Positions 1-9,622 of a stretch of DNA of 64,000 nucleotides are shown here, piece after piece. Position numbers and translations under genes: made by a program. The notes beneath the pieces are model-generated. The model made no database searches and was not told the DNA's origin. It saw only the letters and a program-made list of their open reading frames with translations. How positions within the stretch are numbered: position 1 is the stretch's first letter; every line of letters begins with the position of its first letter. Source of the stretch: an uncultured Collinsella sp. (GTDB lineage Bacteria > Actinomycetota > Coriobacteriia > Coriobacteriales > Coriobacteriaceae); the NCBI GenBank assembly GCA_900542305.1, contig UQMU01000007.1, positions 7,579-71,578 on the forward strand, written 5' to 3'.

Positions 1-55
1 GAAGGGAGCGCGCGTAGGTCTCGAGCACCTTGTCCTGATAGCGGCTAGTCGGCAT
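1..55 (-). CDS. atpH: ATP synthase F1 subunit delta, 5' fragment (runs off window)
   Basis: ATG at 55 overlaps the atpF stop and reads MPTSRYQDKVLETYARSL; YA-x-SL motif and position after atpF. Confidence 0.75.
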   Translation of the reverse strand, partial: MPTSRYQDKVLETYARSL

Positions 56-647
56 TCAGGCTACCTGCTTCCTGGATGTAGCGCTCGATGAGCTTCTTCT
101 GCTCGGCCTCGTTCTCGAGTGCCTCGCCCACGATCTTGGTGGCGACGGCAACGGACAGGTCGGCGATGGAGTTCGCGGCACCGGCGTAGATGGACTTGCG
201 CTCGTCCTCGACGGTCGTATGGGCCTTGGCGATGATCTCCTCGGCCTCCTTGTGAGCAGCCTCGATGATACGGGCGCGCTCGGACTCGGCGTCCTTACGG
301 GCCTCGAGAACGATGTCGGCAGCTTGACGACGGGCGTCGGTGACGATCGAGTCGGACTCAGCGCGCTTGGCGATAGCCTCCTGCTTGGTCTTCTCGGCCT
401 CGCCGAGGCTCTCCTCGATCTTCTTGCCGCGCTCCTCCATGGTTTTCATGATGCCCGGCAGGGCGACCTTGGCCAGCACGATCCAGATAATCAGGAAGGC
501 GATAAGCGCCGGGATGAACTCCGCCATCTTAGGGATGAGGATGTCCGCACCGGCGGCGCCGTCCTCGGCGAACGCGGAAACCGGCATGAGCAGCGCGGCC
601 GCGGACGCGGAGAGTGCGATCGCGCTCTTCTGGGATGAAAGATTCAT
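45..647 (-). CDS. atpF: ATP synthase F0 subunit b
   Basis: Single TM helix followed by a long charged coiled coil (MEERGKKIEESL..AE); operon order. Confidence 0.93.
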   Translation of the reverse strand: MNLSSQKSAIALSASAAALLMPVSAFAEDGAAGADILIPKMAEFIPALIAFLIIWIVLAKVALPGIMKTMEERGKKIEESLGEAEKTKQEAIAKRAESDSIVTDARRQAADIVLEARKDAESERARIIEAAHKEAEEIIAKAHTTVEDERKSIYAGAANSIADLSVAVATKIVGEALENEAEQKKLIERYIQEAGSLNAD

Positions 648-662
648 ACTTGACGCTCCGTG

Positions 663-857
663 CTATTTAACGATCAGCGCGACAACGAAGCCGATCAGAG
701 CCAGAGCCTCGCCGAAGGCGGAGCCCATGATGAAGACGGTGAACACGCGGCCCTGGACCTCAGGCTGACGGGCCATAGCACCCGTAGCACCCAGAGCAGA
801 CAGGCCGATAGCAAGACCAGCGCCGATAACACCGAGACCGTAACCGATAACTCCCAC
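663..857 (-). CDS. atpE: ATP synthase F0 subunit c
   Basis: GxGxxGxG helix, RQPE loop, conserved Glu in FGEALA. Confidence 0.95.
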   Translation of the reverse strand: MGVIGYGLGVIGAGLAIGLSALGATGAMARQPEVQGRVFTVFIMGSAFGEALALIGFVVALIVK

Positions 858-981
858 GATTCCTCCTTTGTCGTGCGTGTCTTATTTCACGCAGGATAAC
901 CTTTTTATAACTGCCGGGCTCCATGGGTACGGGCACCGGCGGTTTAACGAATTGCCTTACCTTTAAGGCGCGAACGGAAGA

Positions 982-1785
982 CTACTCCTCCTCCGCGACC
1001 TCCTCTGCCTCGGAGACATACACGGCGGTAAGGACCGTGAAGACGTAAGCCTGGATGGCGCCGACCACAAGCTCGATCGCATAGATCAGGATGAGGATGG
1101 CAAGCCAGGCCAGCGAAGGCAGGGCGCCGACGGCGTGGGCCGCGGAAACCTGCTGAAGCAGCGGCTGCATGAACATGCTCGCCATGATGGCGAACGAGCC
1201 CATGACCACGTGTCCTGCGAACATGTTGCAGAACAGACGGACGGCGAGCGTGATGAGGCGCAGGAAGGTCGAGAAAAGCTCGACGACCCACACGAGCACG
1301 TTCATCGGGAAGCTCACGCCCTGCGGGGCGAGGCTCTTGATGTAGCCGATCACGCCGTGAGCCTTGCATCCGTAGTAGATGAAGTACACGAAGGCGAAGA
1401 TGGCGAGCGCGGCGGTGGAGCCGATTGCGCCGGTGCCGGGCTTCATTCCCGGGATCAGGCCGATCATGTTGTTGATCAGGATGAACAGGAAAAGCGAGCA
1501 CAGGAACGGGAAGTGCTTCTTCCAGTTCTCACCCACGACGCCCTTGCCGATATCGTTCTCGACGTACTCGATGATGTACTCGAAACCGTTGACGAAGAAG
1601 CCCTTGGGAACCAGGGTCTGCTTCTTCTTGAACACGGCCAGGACGATCAGGAGCACGATCGTGGAGACGATCAGCCAAAACGAGTACTGCGTGATGCCGC
1701 AGCTCAGATCGCCCACGACAGGGGTGGAGCTGAACTCGCTGACCAGATGATTAATCTCATCAGGCAGCTTTTCAAAAATTTCCAC
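982..1785 (-). CDS. atpB: ATP synthase F0 subunit a
   Basis: LAVRLFCNMFAGH and IQAYVFTVLT motifs. Confidence 0.96.
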   Translation of the reverse strand: MEIFEKLPDEINHLVSEFSSTPVVGDLSCGITQYSFWLIVSTIVLLIVLAVFKKKQTLVPKGFFVNGFEYIIEYVENDIGKGVVGENWKKHFPFLCSLFLFILINNMIGLIPGMKPGTGAIGSTAALAIFAFVYFIYYGCKAHGVIGYIKSLAPQGVSFPMNVLVWVVELFSTFLRLITLAVRLFCNMFAGHVVMGSFAIMASMFMQPLLQQVSAAHAVGALPSLAWLAILILIYAIELVVGAIQAYVFTVLTAVYVSEAEEVAEEE

Positions 1786-1788
1786 GAC

Positions 1789-2112
1789 TTACCTTTCGAC
1801 CTCATGAGGATCTCGCAGCGCCTTGGCGACGCGAACCGTGCAGGCGGCCATAAAGGCCACGAAGCCGATCGCCTCGCCCAAGAGGAACATGCGAAATGCC
1901 TCTCCGAACAACACAAACACAACCAAGGTAAAGACGAGCAGGGCGATTGCCGAGACCGCCAGACTCACCATACCCTTGAGCATGTCCGCATTCTGTTTAT
2001 CGTCAAGAACCGGCTTGAGCGTAAAGACAAAGGGAAGGAAGGCAATTGCGCCCGCGATGGCGCCTGCAACGATAGCGAGCAGATCGGCTATCTGAAACAT
2101 TGGCGTCCTCAC
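1789..2112 (-). CDS. Small membrane protein, AtpI-like, at head of atp operon
   Basis: Three hydrophobic segments, immediately upstream of atpB. Confidence 0.6.
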   Translation of the reverse strand: MRTPMFQIADLLAIVAGAIAGAIAFLPFVFTLKPVLDDKQNADMLKGMVSLAVSAIALLVFTLVVFVLFGEAFRMFLLGEAIGFVAFMAACTVRVAKALRDPHEVER

Positions 2113-2382
2113 TTTCCTTTTTTAACGCCTCACAGAACAGTTCCCGCCAAACATTGGTGACTATTGTACGAGCCAATCGCTAAAGTACAACCGAAAAAGC
2201 ATCGGTTAATACGCACCTGTTCGTTTTCTTAAGACCTTCTTTATGCCGCAGGTACGGTAATACGTTTTTCTCGAACCCTGCAGGGCAAAACGTCCGTTAA
2301 CAGGAGTGCGCGCGGTCGCCTTTTGTTCGACCGCGCGCACCGTTTCTTCGTATTTGCAGCCGCGGCCGTCTTAGCCCAGCGA

Positions 2383-3030
2383 CTAGAGCGTGCCGAAGAT
2401 GCGGTCGCCGGCGTCGCCGAGGCCGGGAACGATGTAGGCGGCCTCGTTGAGATGGTCGTCGATGGCGCACGTATAAATATGTACGTCGGGGTCCTTTTCG
2501 GTCAGTGACTTGAGGCCCTCGGGCGCGGCGACGATGCACAGCATGCGGATATCCTTGACACCGCGCTCGCGCAGGTACCTAATGGCCATCTCGGCCGAAC
2601 CGCCCGTGGCGAGCATGGGGTCGACGACCAGGCAGATGCGCTGGTCGATATCCTTGGGCATCTTGCAGTAATACTCGTGCGGCTCGTGGGTGACCTCGTC
2701 GCGCTCCATGCCGATGTGGCCCACGCGAGCGGAGGGCACCAGGTCGAGGATGCCGTCGACCATGCCAAGGCCCGCACGCAGGATGGGCACGATGGCGAGT
2801 TTCTTGCCGGCAAGCTGTTTGAACGTGGCGGTAGTGATGGGGGTCTCGACCTCGACGTCTTCCATGGGCAGGTCGCGCATGGCCTCGTAGCCGTCAAAAA
2901 GCGCGAGTTCGCGCACGAGCTGGCGGAACTGGTTGGTGCCGGTGTTTTTGTCGCGCAGGATCGACAGCTTGTGCTGGACGAGCGGGTGGTCGACAAGCGT
3001 CACACGGGACGCATCGTAGGTGACGGTCAT
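2383..3030 (-). CDS. upp: Uracil phosphoribosyltransferase
   Basis: [26 protein letters not shown] and [11 protein letters not shown] motifs; start taken at MTVTYD. Confidence 0.97.
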   Translation of the reverse strand: MTVTYDASRVTLVDHPLVQHKLSILRDKNTGTNQFRQLVRELALFDGYEAMRDLPMEDVEVETPITTATFKQLAGKKLAIVPILRAGLGMVDGILDLVPSARVGHIGMERDEVTHEPHEYYCKMPKDIDQRICLVVDPMLATGGSAEMAIRYLRERGVKDIRMLCIVAAPEGLKSLTEKDPDVHIYTCAIDDHLNEAAYIVPGLGDAGDRIFGTL

Positions 3031-3153
3031 GGATTGATTGCCCCTTTCGTTGCGGCCGCAAAACGGCCTTGCTGACAAGGCGTGCAGCAATGTTGCCGCC
3101 GCACGCCATGCATTAGTTTAGCGGTTTGTTGTATCGAGCAGCCCATCGCAGCC

Positions 3154-4695
3154 CTACTGTGCGGTGCTGAGCGAGCGCCTGACTGCATCACGCCAGCCCG
3201 CAAGGTTTTGCTCGCGGCGCTCGGCGGACATGTGGGGAAGGAAGGTCCTAACGATCTGGGCATTTTGCTCCAGCTCCTCCAGGTCTTCCCAATAGCCGAC
3301 GGCAAGACCCGCCAAGTACGCGGCACCGATTGCCGTGGTCTCCACCGTCTCGCATTGCAGCACGGGGATATCCAGCAGGTCGGCCTGGAATTGCATGATG
3401 AACTCGTTGCGCGAGGCACCGCCATCGACAGACAGGCGCTCGATCGAAAGCCCCACGTCCTGCTCCATGGCGCGCAGCACGTCGTAGCTCTGATATGCCA
3501 TGGATTCGCAGGCGGCACGTACGATGGTCGCACGGCTCGAGGCGCCGGTCAGACCGCACACGATACCGCGGGCACGCGGGTCCCACCAGGGAGCGCCCAA
3601 ACCCGCAAAGGCGGGAACGAAGTAGCAGCCCTCGTTGTCGCTAATCGAAGCGGCGAGTTGTGCCGACTCGCTCACGCTCGAGATGATGCCCATGTTGCTG
3701 CGAAGCCAGTTCATCGTTGAGCCGGCGGCAAAAATAGAGCCCTCGAGCGCATAGCTGACTTTGCCGTCCGCAGCGATACCGATGGTGGAGACCAGGCCAT
3801 TCTTGGATTCGACGATCTCGTCGCCGGTGTTCATGAGCATAAAGCAGCCCGTGCCATAGGTGTTTTTGGTCTGGCCGGGATAGAAGCAGCAGTGACCGAA
3901 CAGCGATGCCTGCTGGTCGCCCGCCACACCCATGATGGGCGGCATGTTGGTCATGATGTCGCTCGCGACGCGGCCGTAGTCGCCCGAGCTCCAGCGAACC
4001 TCGGGCATCATGGAACGTGGAACGTCAAAGAGCGCCAGCAGGTCGTCGCCCCAATCGAGCGTATGGATATTAAAGAGTGCCGTGCGGCTGGCATTGGTGT
4101 AGTCGGTGGCAAAGACCTGGCCGCCGGTGAGGTTGTAGATGAGCCAGGTGTCGATGGTGCCAAACATGAGGTCGCCCGCCGCCGCGCTCTCGCGTGCGCC
4201 GTCGACGTTGTCGAGAATCCACTGCACCTTAGAGGCCGAGAAATACGGGTCAAGCGTAAGTCCCGTGCGGGAGCGCACCAGCTCCTCGCAACCCTGTTCA
4301 ACCAACGCGTCGATCGCCGGCGCGGTACGACGGCACTGCCATACGATGGCGTTATAGATGGGCTGGCCGCTCACGCGGTCCCAGACCACCGTGGTCTCGC
4401 GCTGGTTGGAGATGCCGATGGCGGCGATGCGATCGGAATGGATGCCGCTCTTAAACTGAACCTCCATCATCACGCCGATCTGGCTGGCAAGCACCTCCGT
4501 GGGATCCTGCTCCACCCAGCCGGGGCGCGGGAAGCTGGTTTTGACGCTACGACGCGCCTGGGCAACGATGCAGCCGTATTCGTCGACAATGGCCGCGAGT
4601 ACCGAGGTAGTGCCGCAGTCGAGCGCCATGATGTAGGAACCGCCAAAGTTAAACGAGGCATCTTCCATGCCCAGGCTGCCCAGATTCAACGACAT
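3154..4695 (-). CDS. glpK: Glycerol kinase (FGGY family)
   Basis: ALDCGTTS, GISNQRETTVVWD, GDQQASLFG, KNTYGTGCF motifs. Confidence 0.92.
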   Translation of the reverse strand: MSLNLGSLGMEDASFNFGGSYIMALDCGTTSVLAAIVDEYGCIVAQARRSVKTSFPRPGWVEQDPTEVLASQIGVMMEVQFKSGIHSDRIAAIGISNQRETTVVWDRVSGQPIYNAIVWQCRRTAPAIDALVEQGCEELVRSRTGLTLDPYFSASKVQWILDNVDGARESAAAGDLMFGTIDTWLIYNLTGGQVFATDYTNASRTALFNIHTLDWGDDLLALFDVPRSMMPEVRWSSGDYGRVASDIMTNMPPIMGVAGDQQASLFGHCCFYPGQTKNTYGTGCFMLMNTGDEIVESKNGLVSTIGIAADGKVSYALEGSIFAAGSTMNWLRSNMGIISSVSESAQLAASISDNEGCYFVPAFAGLGAPWWDPRARGIVCGLTGASSRATIVRAACESMAYQSYDVLRAMEQDVGLSIERLSVDGGASRNEFIMQFQADLLDIPVLQCETVETTAIGAAYLAGLAVGYWEDLEELEQNAQIVRTFLPHMSAERREQNLAGWRDAVRRSLSTAQ

Positions 4696-4708
4696 CGCTT
4701 ACACCCTT

Positions 4709-5452
4709 CTATTGCATCGGGTCGGACAGGACCCGCTCGATCTCTGATGCGGGAAGTGCGCCTTGGCGCAGGATCTGGAGCCCGCCGTGCTGGAACGACA
4801 CGATGGTCGAGGCGTCGCGACACGGGGTCTCACCGGCGTCGACGGCAACATCGACCCCCTCCAGGATGCGACCCTCGACGGCGGCAAAGCTTGCCGGCGA
4901 AGGCGCGCCGTGCGTGTTGGCGCTCGTGCAGGCAAGGGGACTGCCGCAGGCGCGGATGAGCGCTTGGACCACGGGAGAGGCCGAAGCGCGCAGGGCCACG
5001 GTGTCGTCGGCAGCGCGCATAAAGGTCGGCACGCAGGGGGCTGCCTTGACCACGATAGTCAGGGCTCCCGGCCAGCATCGTCGCGCGAGTACGCGGGCAT
5101 CTTCCGGGATATCCACGCCATAGCGGTCGAGTGCTTCGACGCCATCGACCAGCCAAGCGACGGTTTGCGTGAGCTCACGTTGCTTGAGAGTGAAGATACG
5201 GCGATAGCCGGTGCCGAGCGCAGGAACTGCGGCGCCATTGACGGCAGCCTGCGGATCGCGCGGCCACGATGGGAATTCGCTTGTATCTTGGGGCACGGCG
5301 TCCGAGAAGGCGTTGACTGCCACGGCGACACCGTAGACGGTCTCGGTCGGAATCAAGGCCAGGCCGCCGCGGCCGAGCACCTCGGCCGTGCGCTCGACGG
5401 CAAGCCGATGCGGCTCGCGCGTTCCCTCGTATACCCGATAGACCGTCTGCAT
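4709..5452 (-). CDS. tsaC: L-threonylcarbamoyladenylate synthase (Sua5/YrdC)
   Basis: PTETVYG, WPGALT, TSAN, STIV, LRQGA motifs. Confidence 0.9.
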   Translation of the reverse strand: MQTVYRVYEGTREPHRLAVERTAEVLGRGGLALIPTETVYGVAVAVNAFSDAVPQDTSEFPSWPRDPQAAVNGAAVPALGTGYRRIFTLKQRELTQTVAWLVDGVEALDRYGVDIPEDARVLARRCWPGALTIVVKAAPCVPTFMRAADDTVALRASASPVVQALIRACGSPLACTSANTHGAPSPASFAAVEGRILEGVDVAVDAGETPCRDASTIVSFQHGGLQILRQGALPASEIERVLSDPMQ

Positions 5453-5600
5453 GTGTATGCCAGCCCCTTACGCTCCGGTGCAAGTTTGTTTACTGTGGGG
5501 CATTCTCGCACGAAACATTCAACCTATTTGCCCAGAGCGCATGTTGGTTTGGTGAGCGGCTCTAGTAGTCGGTGAAAGTGAGGGGGTTAATTGAAGATTT

Positions 5601-5903
5601 TTAGCGCGCAAGCGTAACGGTACGATCGGGAAACTCGATGCTTGCAACCAGTTTTCCGCCGAGGCTCTCTGCGTACCTGCTCAGCGTGTCGAGCCTCATC
5701 GAACCCAACTCCCCACGCTCGAGCTCGGATACACGTTTTTGAGAAACGCCCATCAACTGGGCGACCGACGCCTGTGTTAGATCTTTTAACCTGCGAATCT
5801 GAGCAAGCTTATAGGCTTCGATACGATCGCGAGTCCTCTCCTGCTCGGCGGTAATGGAGTCGCGTGTTATCCCGCGAGATTCCATATACTCATGCAGTTC
5901 CAT
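5601..5903 (-). CDS. XRE/HigA-type HTH antitoxin
   Basis: LTQASVAQLMGVSQKRVSELERG HTH; overlaps the toxin stop. Confidence 0.85.
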   Translation of the reverse strand: MELHEYMESRGITRDSITAEQERTRDRIEAYKLAQIRRLKDLTQASVAQLMGVSQKRVSELERGELGSMRLDTLSRYAESLGGKLVASIEFPDRTVTLAR

Positions 5904-6285
5904 CTCGATCGAGCCTCCTTACGTGGCGACGGTATATTTGCTCGGCCCTTGGAATGTTGATCGCATACCAACCGTTCCATTTTGCCCTTGACGATCCCGC
6001 TCGCGACTTATCACCCGCCAATAGCAATACCGCCTGGCGCTTGGGGTCAAAGGCGAAGAGGATGCGAATCACCTGCCCACCACACGACGTCACTCTCAGC
6101 TCCTTTAAATGATGAAGCTTCGAGCCCTTTACGCGGTCAACCAGCGGACGACCAAGGCTGGGACCTTCCTTCTCGAGCACCAAAAGGTCTGCATAAATCT
6201 GCTTCAGCGTAGCTTCATCCTGCTCATCAAGCCAAGGTTCAATGTAATCAAGCACGATACGGTACCGATGCAGCTGATTTGACAT
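5890..6285 (-). CDS. RelE/ParE-superfamily toxin (Gp49/HigB-like)
   Basis: GPSLGRPLVDRVKGS...LKELR...RILFAFDP..AVLLLAGDK signature; toxin-first arrangement. Confidence 0.88.
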   Translation of the reverse strand: MSNQLHRYRIVLDYIEPWLDEQDEATLKQIYADLLVLEKEGPSLGRPLVDRVKGSKLHHLKELRVTSCGGQVIRILFAFDPKRQAVLLLAGDKSRAGSSRAKWNGWYAINIPRAEQIYRRHVRRLDRDGTA

Positions 6286-6294
6286 ACCTTTCTC

Positions 6295-6309
6295 CTTCTA
6301 TAGTAGAAG
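6295..6309. promoter_or_regulatory. Palindrome CTTCTA-tag-TAGAAG, probable TA autorepression operator
   Basis: Perfect 6-bp inverted repeat just upstream of the toxin RBS. Confidence 0.45.
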
Positions 6310-6360
6310 TTTTACGGTATATTGCAAGGACAAACTTGCGCAAATGTCTATTTATTCAGC

Positions 6361-7635
6361 TTAAATACGCTGTTTGGGCTCGGTGACGATGGCTCGAACG
6401 ATGCGGGGACGATCGGTGAGGTCGTGGACGATACGCACGTCCGAAAGGCCTGCTTGACGACAGAGCTCGGCCGCGGCGTCGAGCGCGCCCTCGTAGAGCT
6501 CGCAGGCAAACAGGCCGCCGGCACGCAGCATGTAGGGCGCCGCGTTGAGCAGGCGGCGGAAGATATCGAGACCGTCGGCACCGCCCTCGAGCGCCAGATC
6601 GGGCTCAAAGTCCTTGACCTCATGCGGCAGCGAGCGCATGACATCGGTGGGGATGTAGGGCGGGTTGGAGACGAGTACGTCAAAGGTGCCCCACTCTTCG
6701 CGGGGAATGGAGCTCACCAGGTTTGTGAGGCTGAAGGCGACCTCGTCGGACGTGAGGCCAAGCGCATCGCGGTTTTTGGTAGCAAGGTCGATGGCGCGCG
6801 GCTCGATATCGGTAGCAGTGCAGGTAACGTGCCCGCGGCGCTCCCAGGCAAGGGAGAGCGAAATGCAGCCCGTGCCGCAGCCGACCTCGAGAACGCGGGC
6901 AGTGCGGGGCTCGGCTGGGGCAGATACGTTGGCCTCGGCGGCATCTTGCGCGGGAGTCGCCTGTTGGTCGTTGTCCTCAATGGCGATGCCGTATTCGTCG
7001 AGCTCGGGCTCGGGGGTTTCCATGGCCTCTGCTTCTGCCGCTTCGGCTTCTGCTGCCTGCGCGGCGGCTTCCTCGGCCTCGCGGTCGGCCAGTTCCTCGG
7101 CATAGGCGCGGCTACCGAGCACGTCGCTACCCAGCGCAGCCTCATCGGCGGCCGTCAGGTTGGCGGCACGGCGCTCGGCGGCCGCGCGTTCGTCAGCCAG
7201 CGCCGCCTCGGCTTTGCGGGCCTGCTCGACCTCATCGTTCCAAGGCAGCTCCACGCGCTGGCGGGCAGCGGCCTCGGGGCTCAGCACCTCGGCATCCAGA
7301 TAGTTCAGAACTTCTTCGACGAGCATCTCGGTCTCGGGGCGCGGGATGAGCACACCGGGGGCGCACGCGACGTCGATCATGCGAAACTGCGTGCTACCGG
7401 TGATGTACTGCAGCGGCTCGCCCTTCGCGCGACGGACGACCGCCGCGTGCATGGTCTCGAGCTGCGCTGCGTCGAGCGTCTCGTCCATGCGCATATATAA
7501 GTCGATACGCGCCAGACCCGTAGCTGCGCACAGCAGCCACTCGGCAGAAAGACGGGGGTGCTCCTCGCCGCGCTCGGCCAGGTACTCCTTGGTCCACTCG
7601 AGACAACGCTTGATGGTCCAAATCTCGTTTGCCAT
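6361..7635 (-). CDS. prmC: Release factor glutamine methyltransferase with a long acidic insertion
   Basis: GEPLQYI, LIPRPETE, LEVGCGTG and SNPPY motifs; start taken at MANEIW. Confidence 0.93.
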   Translation of the reverse strand: MANEIWTIKRCLEWTKEYLAERGEEHPRLSAEWLLCAATGLARIDLYMRMDETLDAAQLETMHAAVVRRAKGEPLQYITGSTQFRMIDVACAPGVLIPRPETEMLVEEVLNYLDAEVLSPEAAARQRVELPWNDEVEQARKAEAALADERAAAERRAANLTAADEAALGSDVLGSRAYAEELADREAEEAAAQAAEAEAAEAEAMETPEPELDEYGIAIEDNDQQATPAQDAAEANVSAPAEPRTARVLEVGCGTGCISLSLAWERRGHVTCTATDIEPRAIDLATKNRDALGLTSDEVAFSLTNLVSSIPREEWGTFDVLVSNPPYIPTDVMRSLPHEVKDFEPDLALEGGADGLDIFRRLLNAAPYMLRAGGLFACELYEGALDAAAELCRQAGLSDVRIVHDLTDRPRIVRAIVTEPKQRI

Positions 7636-8026
7636 GGGGCCCTCCCCTCTTAAGCGCCGGACGGCGCGCGAATGTCGGAGCAGATTGTAAGCGAGGCCAA
7701 CGCTTGGCAAGGGGCGATTGAAGGCGATTATCGAGAATCAGCCCAGAATTTTGCACCGGGCTCGCTCAAAGTGTTCATTCGCCGACGTCCAGATTTGCAT
7801 TCGTCAAGCTTTTGGCAAGGTTGCCCAAAAACTGACCAATATCTAACCAAGAACATGCCAAATCACTTGACGCGCGACTCATCAAAAAATGCACTGCGAC
7901 TTCTTGGACGATTTTTTGAGCAATATTTTCAATAGCAGATGAAAGCTGTTAATTACTTTGAGCAGGTAGACAGCTTAATTTCTAATAAAACAGATTAAAT
8001 AAACTCGAAAAGTAATTTACCCAACC

Positions 8027-8055
8027 TAGTCATTTAAGAACGTCCCCAATGACTA
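8027..8055 (+). repeat. REP-like mini-hairpin (stem TAGTCATT/AATGACTA, loop TAAGAACGTCCCC)
   Basis: 8029-8055 is identical to 41593-41619. Confidence 0.75.
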
Positions 8056-8253
8056 CATCTAAGGCGCCGCAGGTTGAGCATACCGCATCCGGAGCAAGGC
8101 AGCGCCGCAGGTAGAGGACGGACAGACACTATGACCCAATCCGAGGGCACGGAAACGACAGGAGCCCCCGCTCGTGACCGCGGGTCGGGGCTGCGACAAT
8201 GTTGTTGAAGTGCCAGAGGCGCAGCCGCGCCGCAACGAGGTTGGGAGGCTCCC

Positions 8254-9375
8254 GTGCCTAGATATTCTACCGCCTTCGGAATGGACGTACACCTCAGGTC
8301 CACCACCGTCTGCGCGCTCGACGCGGAGACGGGCGAGGCCGTGGCGAGGAGGTTCCGCGGCAACCCGTGGGGCGAGGTCGCGGAGTGGATGTCGGGCTTC
8401 CCCGGCCCGTCGCTCGCCGCCTACGAGAGCGGCTACCTCGGCTTCGCCCCGCAGAGGGAGCTCTCCGGGCTCGGCGTCGACTGCGTCGTCGCGGCCGTCT
8501 CCAAGGTCCCGAGGTCGGCGGCCGACCTCTCGTCCAAGAACGACCGCAACGACGCGGCCAGGATGGCCAAGGCGATACTGTCGCACGATATCTCCCCGGT
8601 ATGGGTGCCATCCCCCGAGATCGAGGGGCTCAGGGACCTCGCCGGGGCCCACGACGCGGCGACCGCGAGGCTCGCGGCGGCGAAGCAGCGGCTCCTGGCG
8701 TTCCTGGCCCGCCGCGGCTACGTCTACGGAGGCACGACGCCGGCCGGCAACCCCCGGAAGTACTGGACGTACGGCTTCCTCAGGTGGCTCGACGGCATAC
8801 GCCCCGCCGACGACGGCGGCATCCGGGCGCTCGCGGCGCTGAGGAACGAGGTCGAGGCGGCCGACGAGACGAGGGAGGCCGTCCTCGCCGAATACAGGGC
8901 CGCCGTCGCGGCGGGCCCCCTCTCGGCCGAGGTCGAGGCGCTCCAGTCCATCAAGGGGTGCGGGTTCGTGCTCGCCGCCGCCTTCGCGTCCGAGGTCGGC
9001 GACTTCTCGAGGTTCCGCTCCGGCAGGCAGGTGACGGCCTACTTCGGCCTCGCCCCGAAGCAGAGGTCGAGCGCCGACTCCGTGCGACTCGGCGGAATCA
9101 GCGGGGCCGGCAACGCGCTCGTCAGGAGGCTGGCGGTCGAGGGGTCCTGGCGCTACGCCCAGGCCGGGCACCAGCCCAAGCTGATGCCCAAGGGCTCCGG
9201 AGTCCCGCTCGAGATAAGGATGCACGGGAGGAAGGGGTCCGAGCGCCTGCTCCGGCGACGCGAGGAGATGCTCGAGAGGGGCATGCCCCAGGCGAAGGCG
9301 AACGCCGCCACCGCCGCCGAGCTCGTGAGGTGGCTGTGGGCCCTCGGCATGATGTGCCGGGAGGCCGGCGAATAG
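8254..9375 (+). CDS. IS110-family transposase/recombinase
   Basis: GMDVH (D), AAYESG (E), KNDRNDA (DD) RuvC-like motifs; C-terminal EVGDFSRF...AYFGLAPKQRSS domain. Confidence 0.95.
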   Translation: MPRYSTAFGMDVHLRSTTVCALDAETGEAVARRFRGNPWGEVAEWMSGFPGPSLAAYESGYLGFAPQRELSGLGVDCVVAAVSKVPRSAADLSSKNDRNDAARMAKAILSHDISPVWVPSPEIEGLRDLAGAHDAATARLAAAKQRLLAFLARRGYVYGGTTPAGNPRKYWTYGFLRWLDGIRPADDGGIRALAALRNEVEAADETREAVLAEYRAAVAAGPLSAEVEALQSIKGCGFVLAAAFASEVGDFSRFRSGRQVTAYFGLAPKQRSSADSVRLGGISGAGNALVRRLAVEGSWRYAQAGHQPKLMPKGSGVPLEIRMHGRKGSERLLRRREEMLERGMPQAKANAATAAELVRWLWALGMMCREAGE

Positions 9376-9622
9376 ACATAGCCCCCGTCCCGGCGAGCCG
9401 GGCAGCCTTCGGGGATACCCCCGTTCTCGCTGTGCGCGCGGCGGTCGCCGCATTCGCGTCGACAGACTTGGGGAACCCCCGCCGAAGGAGAGGATTGCGG
9501 GCCGCCAGAGCGGTATCCGCGGATATGAGACTGAGCCGAAGGCGTCGACGACATGCCGGGGGCGGACCGGGACGGGTTCAACGGCAGGCCCCGCCGACCG
9601 ATTGCAAGCGGTCGGCGGGGCC
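9376..9622 (+). ncRNA. Candidate bridge/seek RNA in the IS110 right non-coding end
   Basis: Nested helices (9384-9393/9567-9576; 9405-9412/9536-9543; 14-bp hairpin 9587-9622) plus short segments matching target and donor junction. Confidence 0.55.

Noticed and set aside
7700..8026. AT-rich gap upstream of prmC (87-aa ORF 7672-7935)
   Set aside because: No RBS, motif or convincing structure; probably promoter or remnant DNA
9502..9512. CCGCCAGAGCG in the IS non-coding region identical to flank 9665-9675
   Set aside because: It forms a local hairpin and corresponds to a variable stem of the repeat; chance cannot be excluded, so it was not counted as a guide
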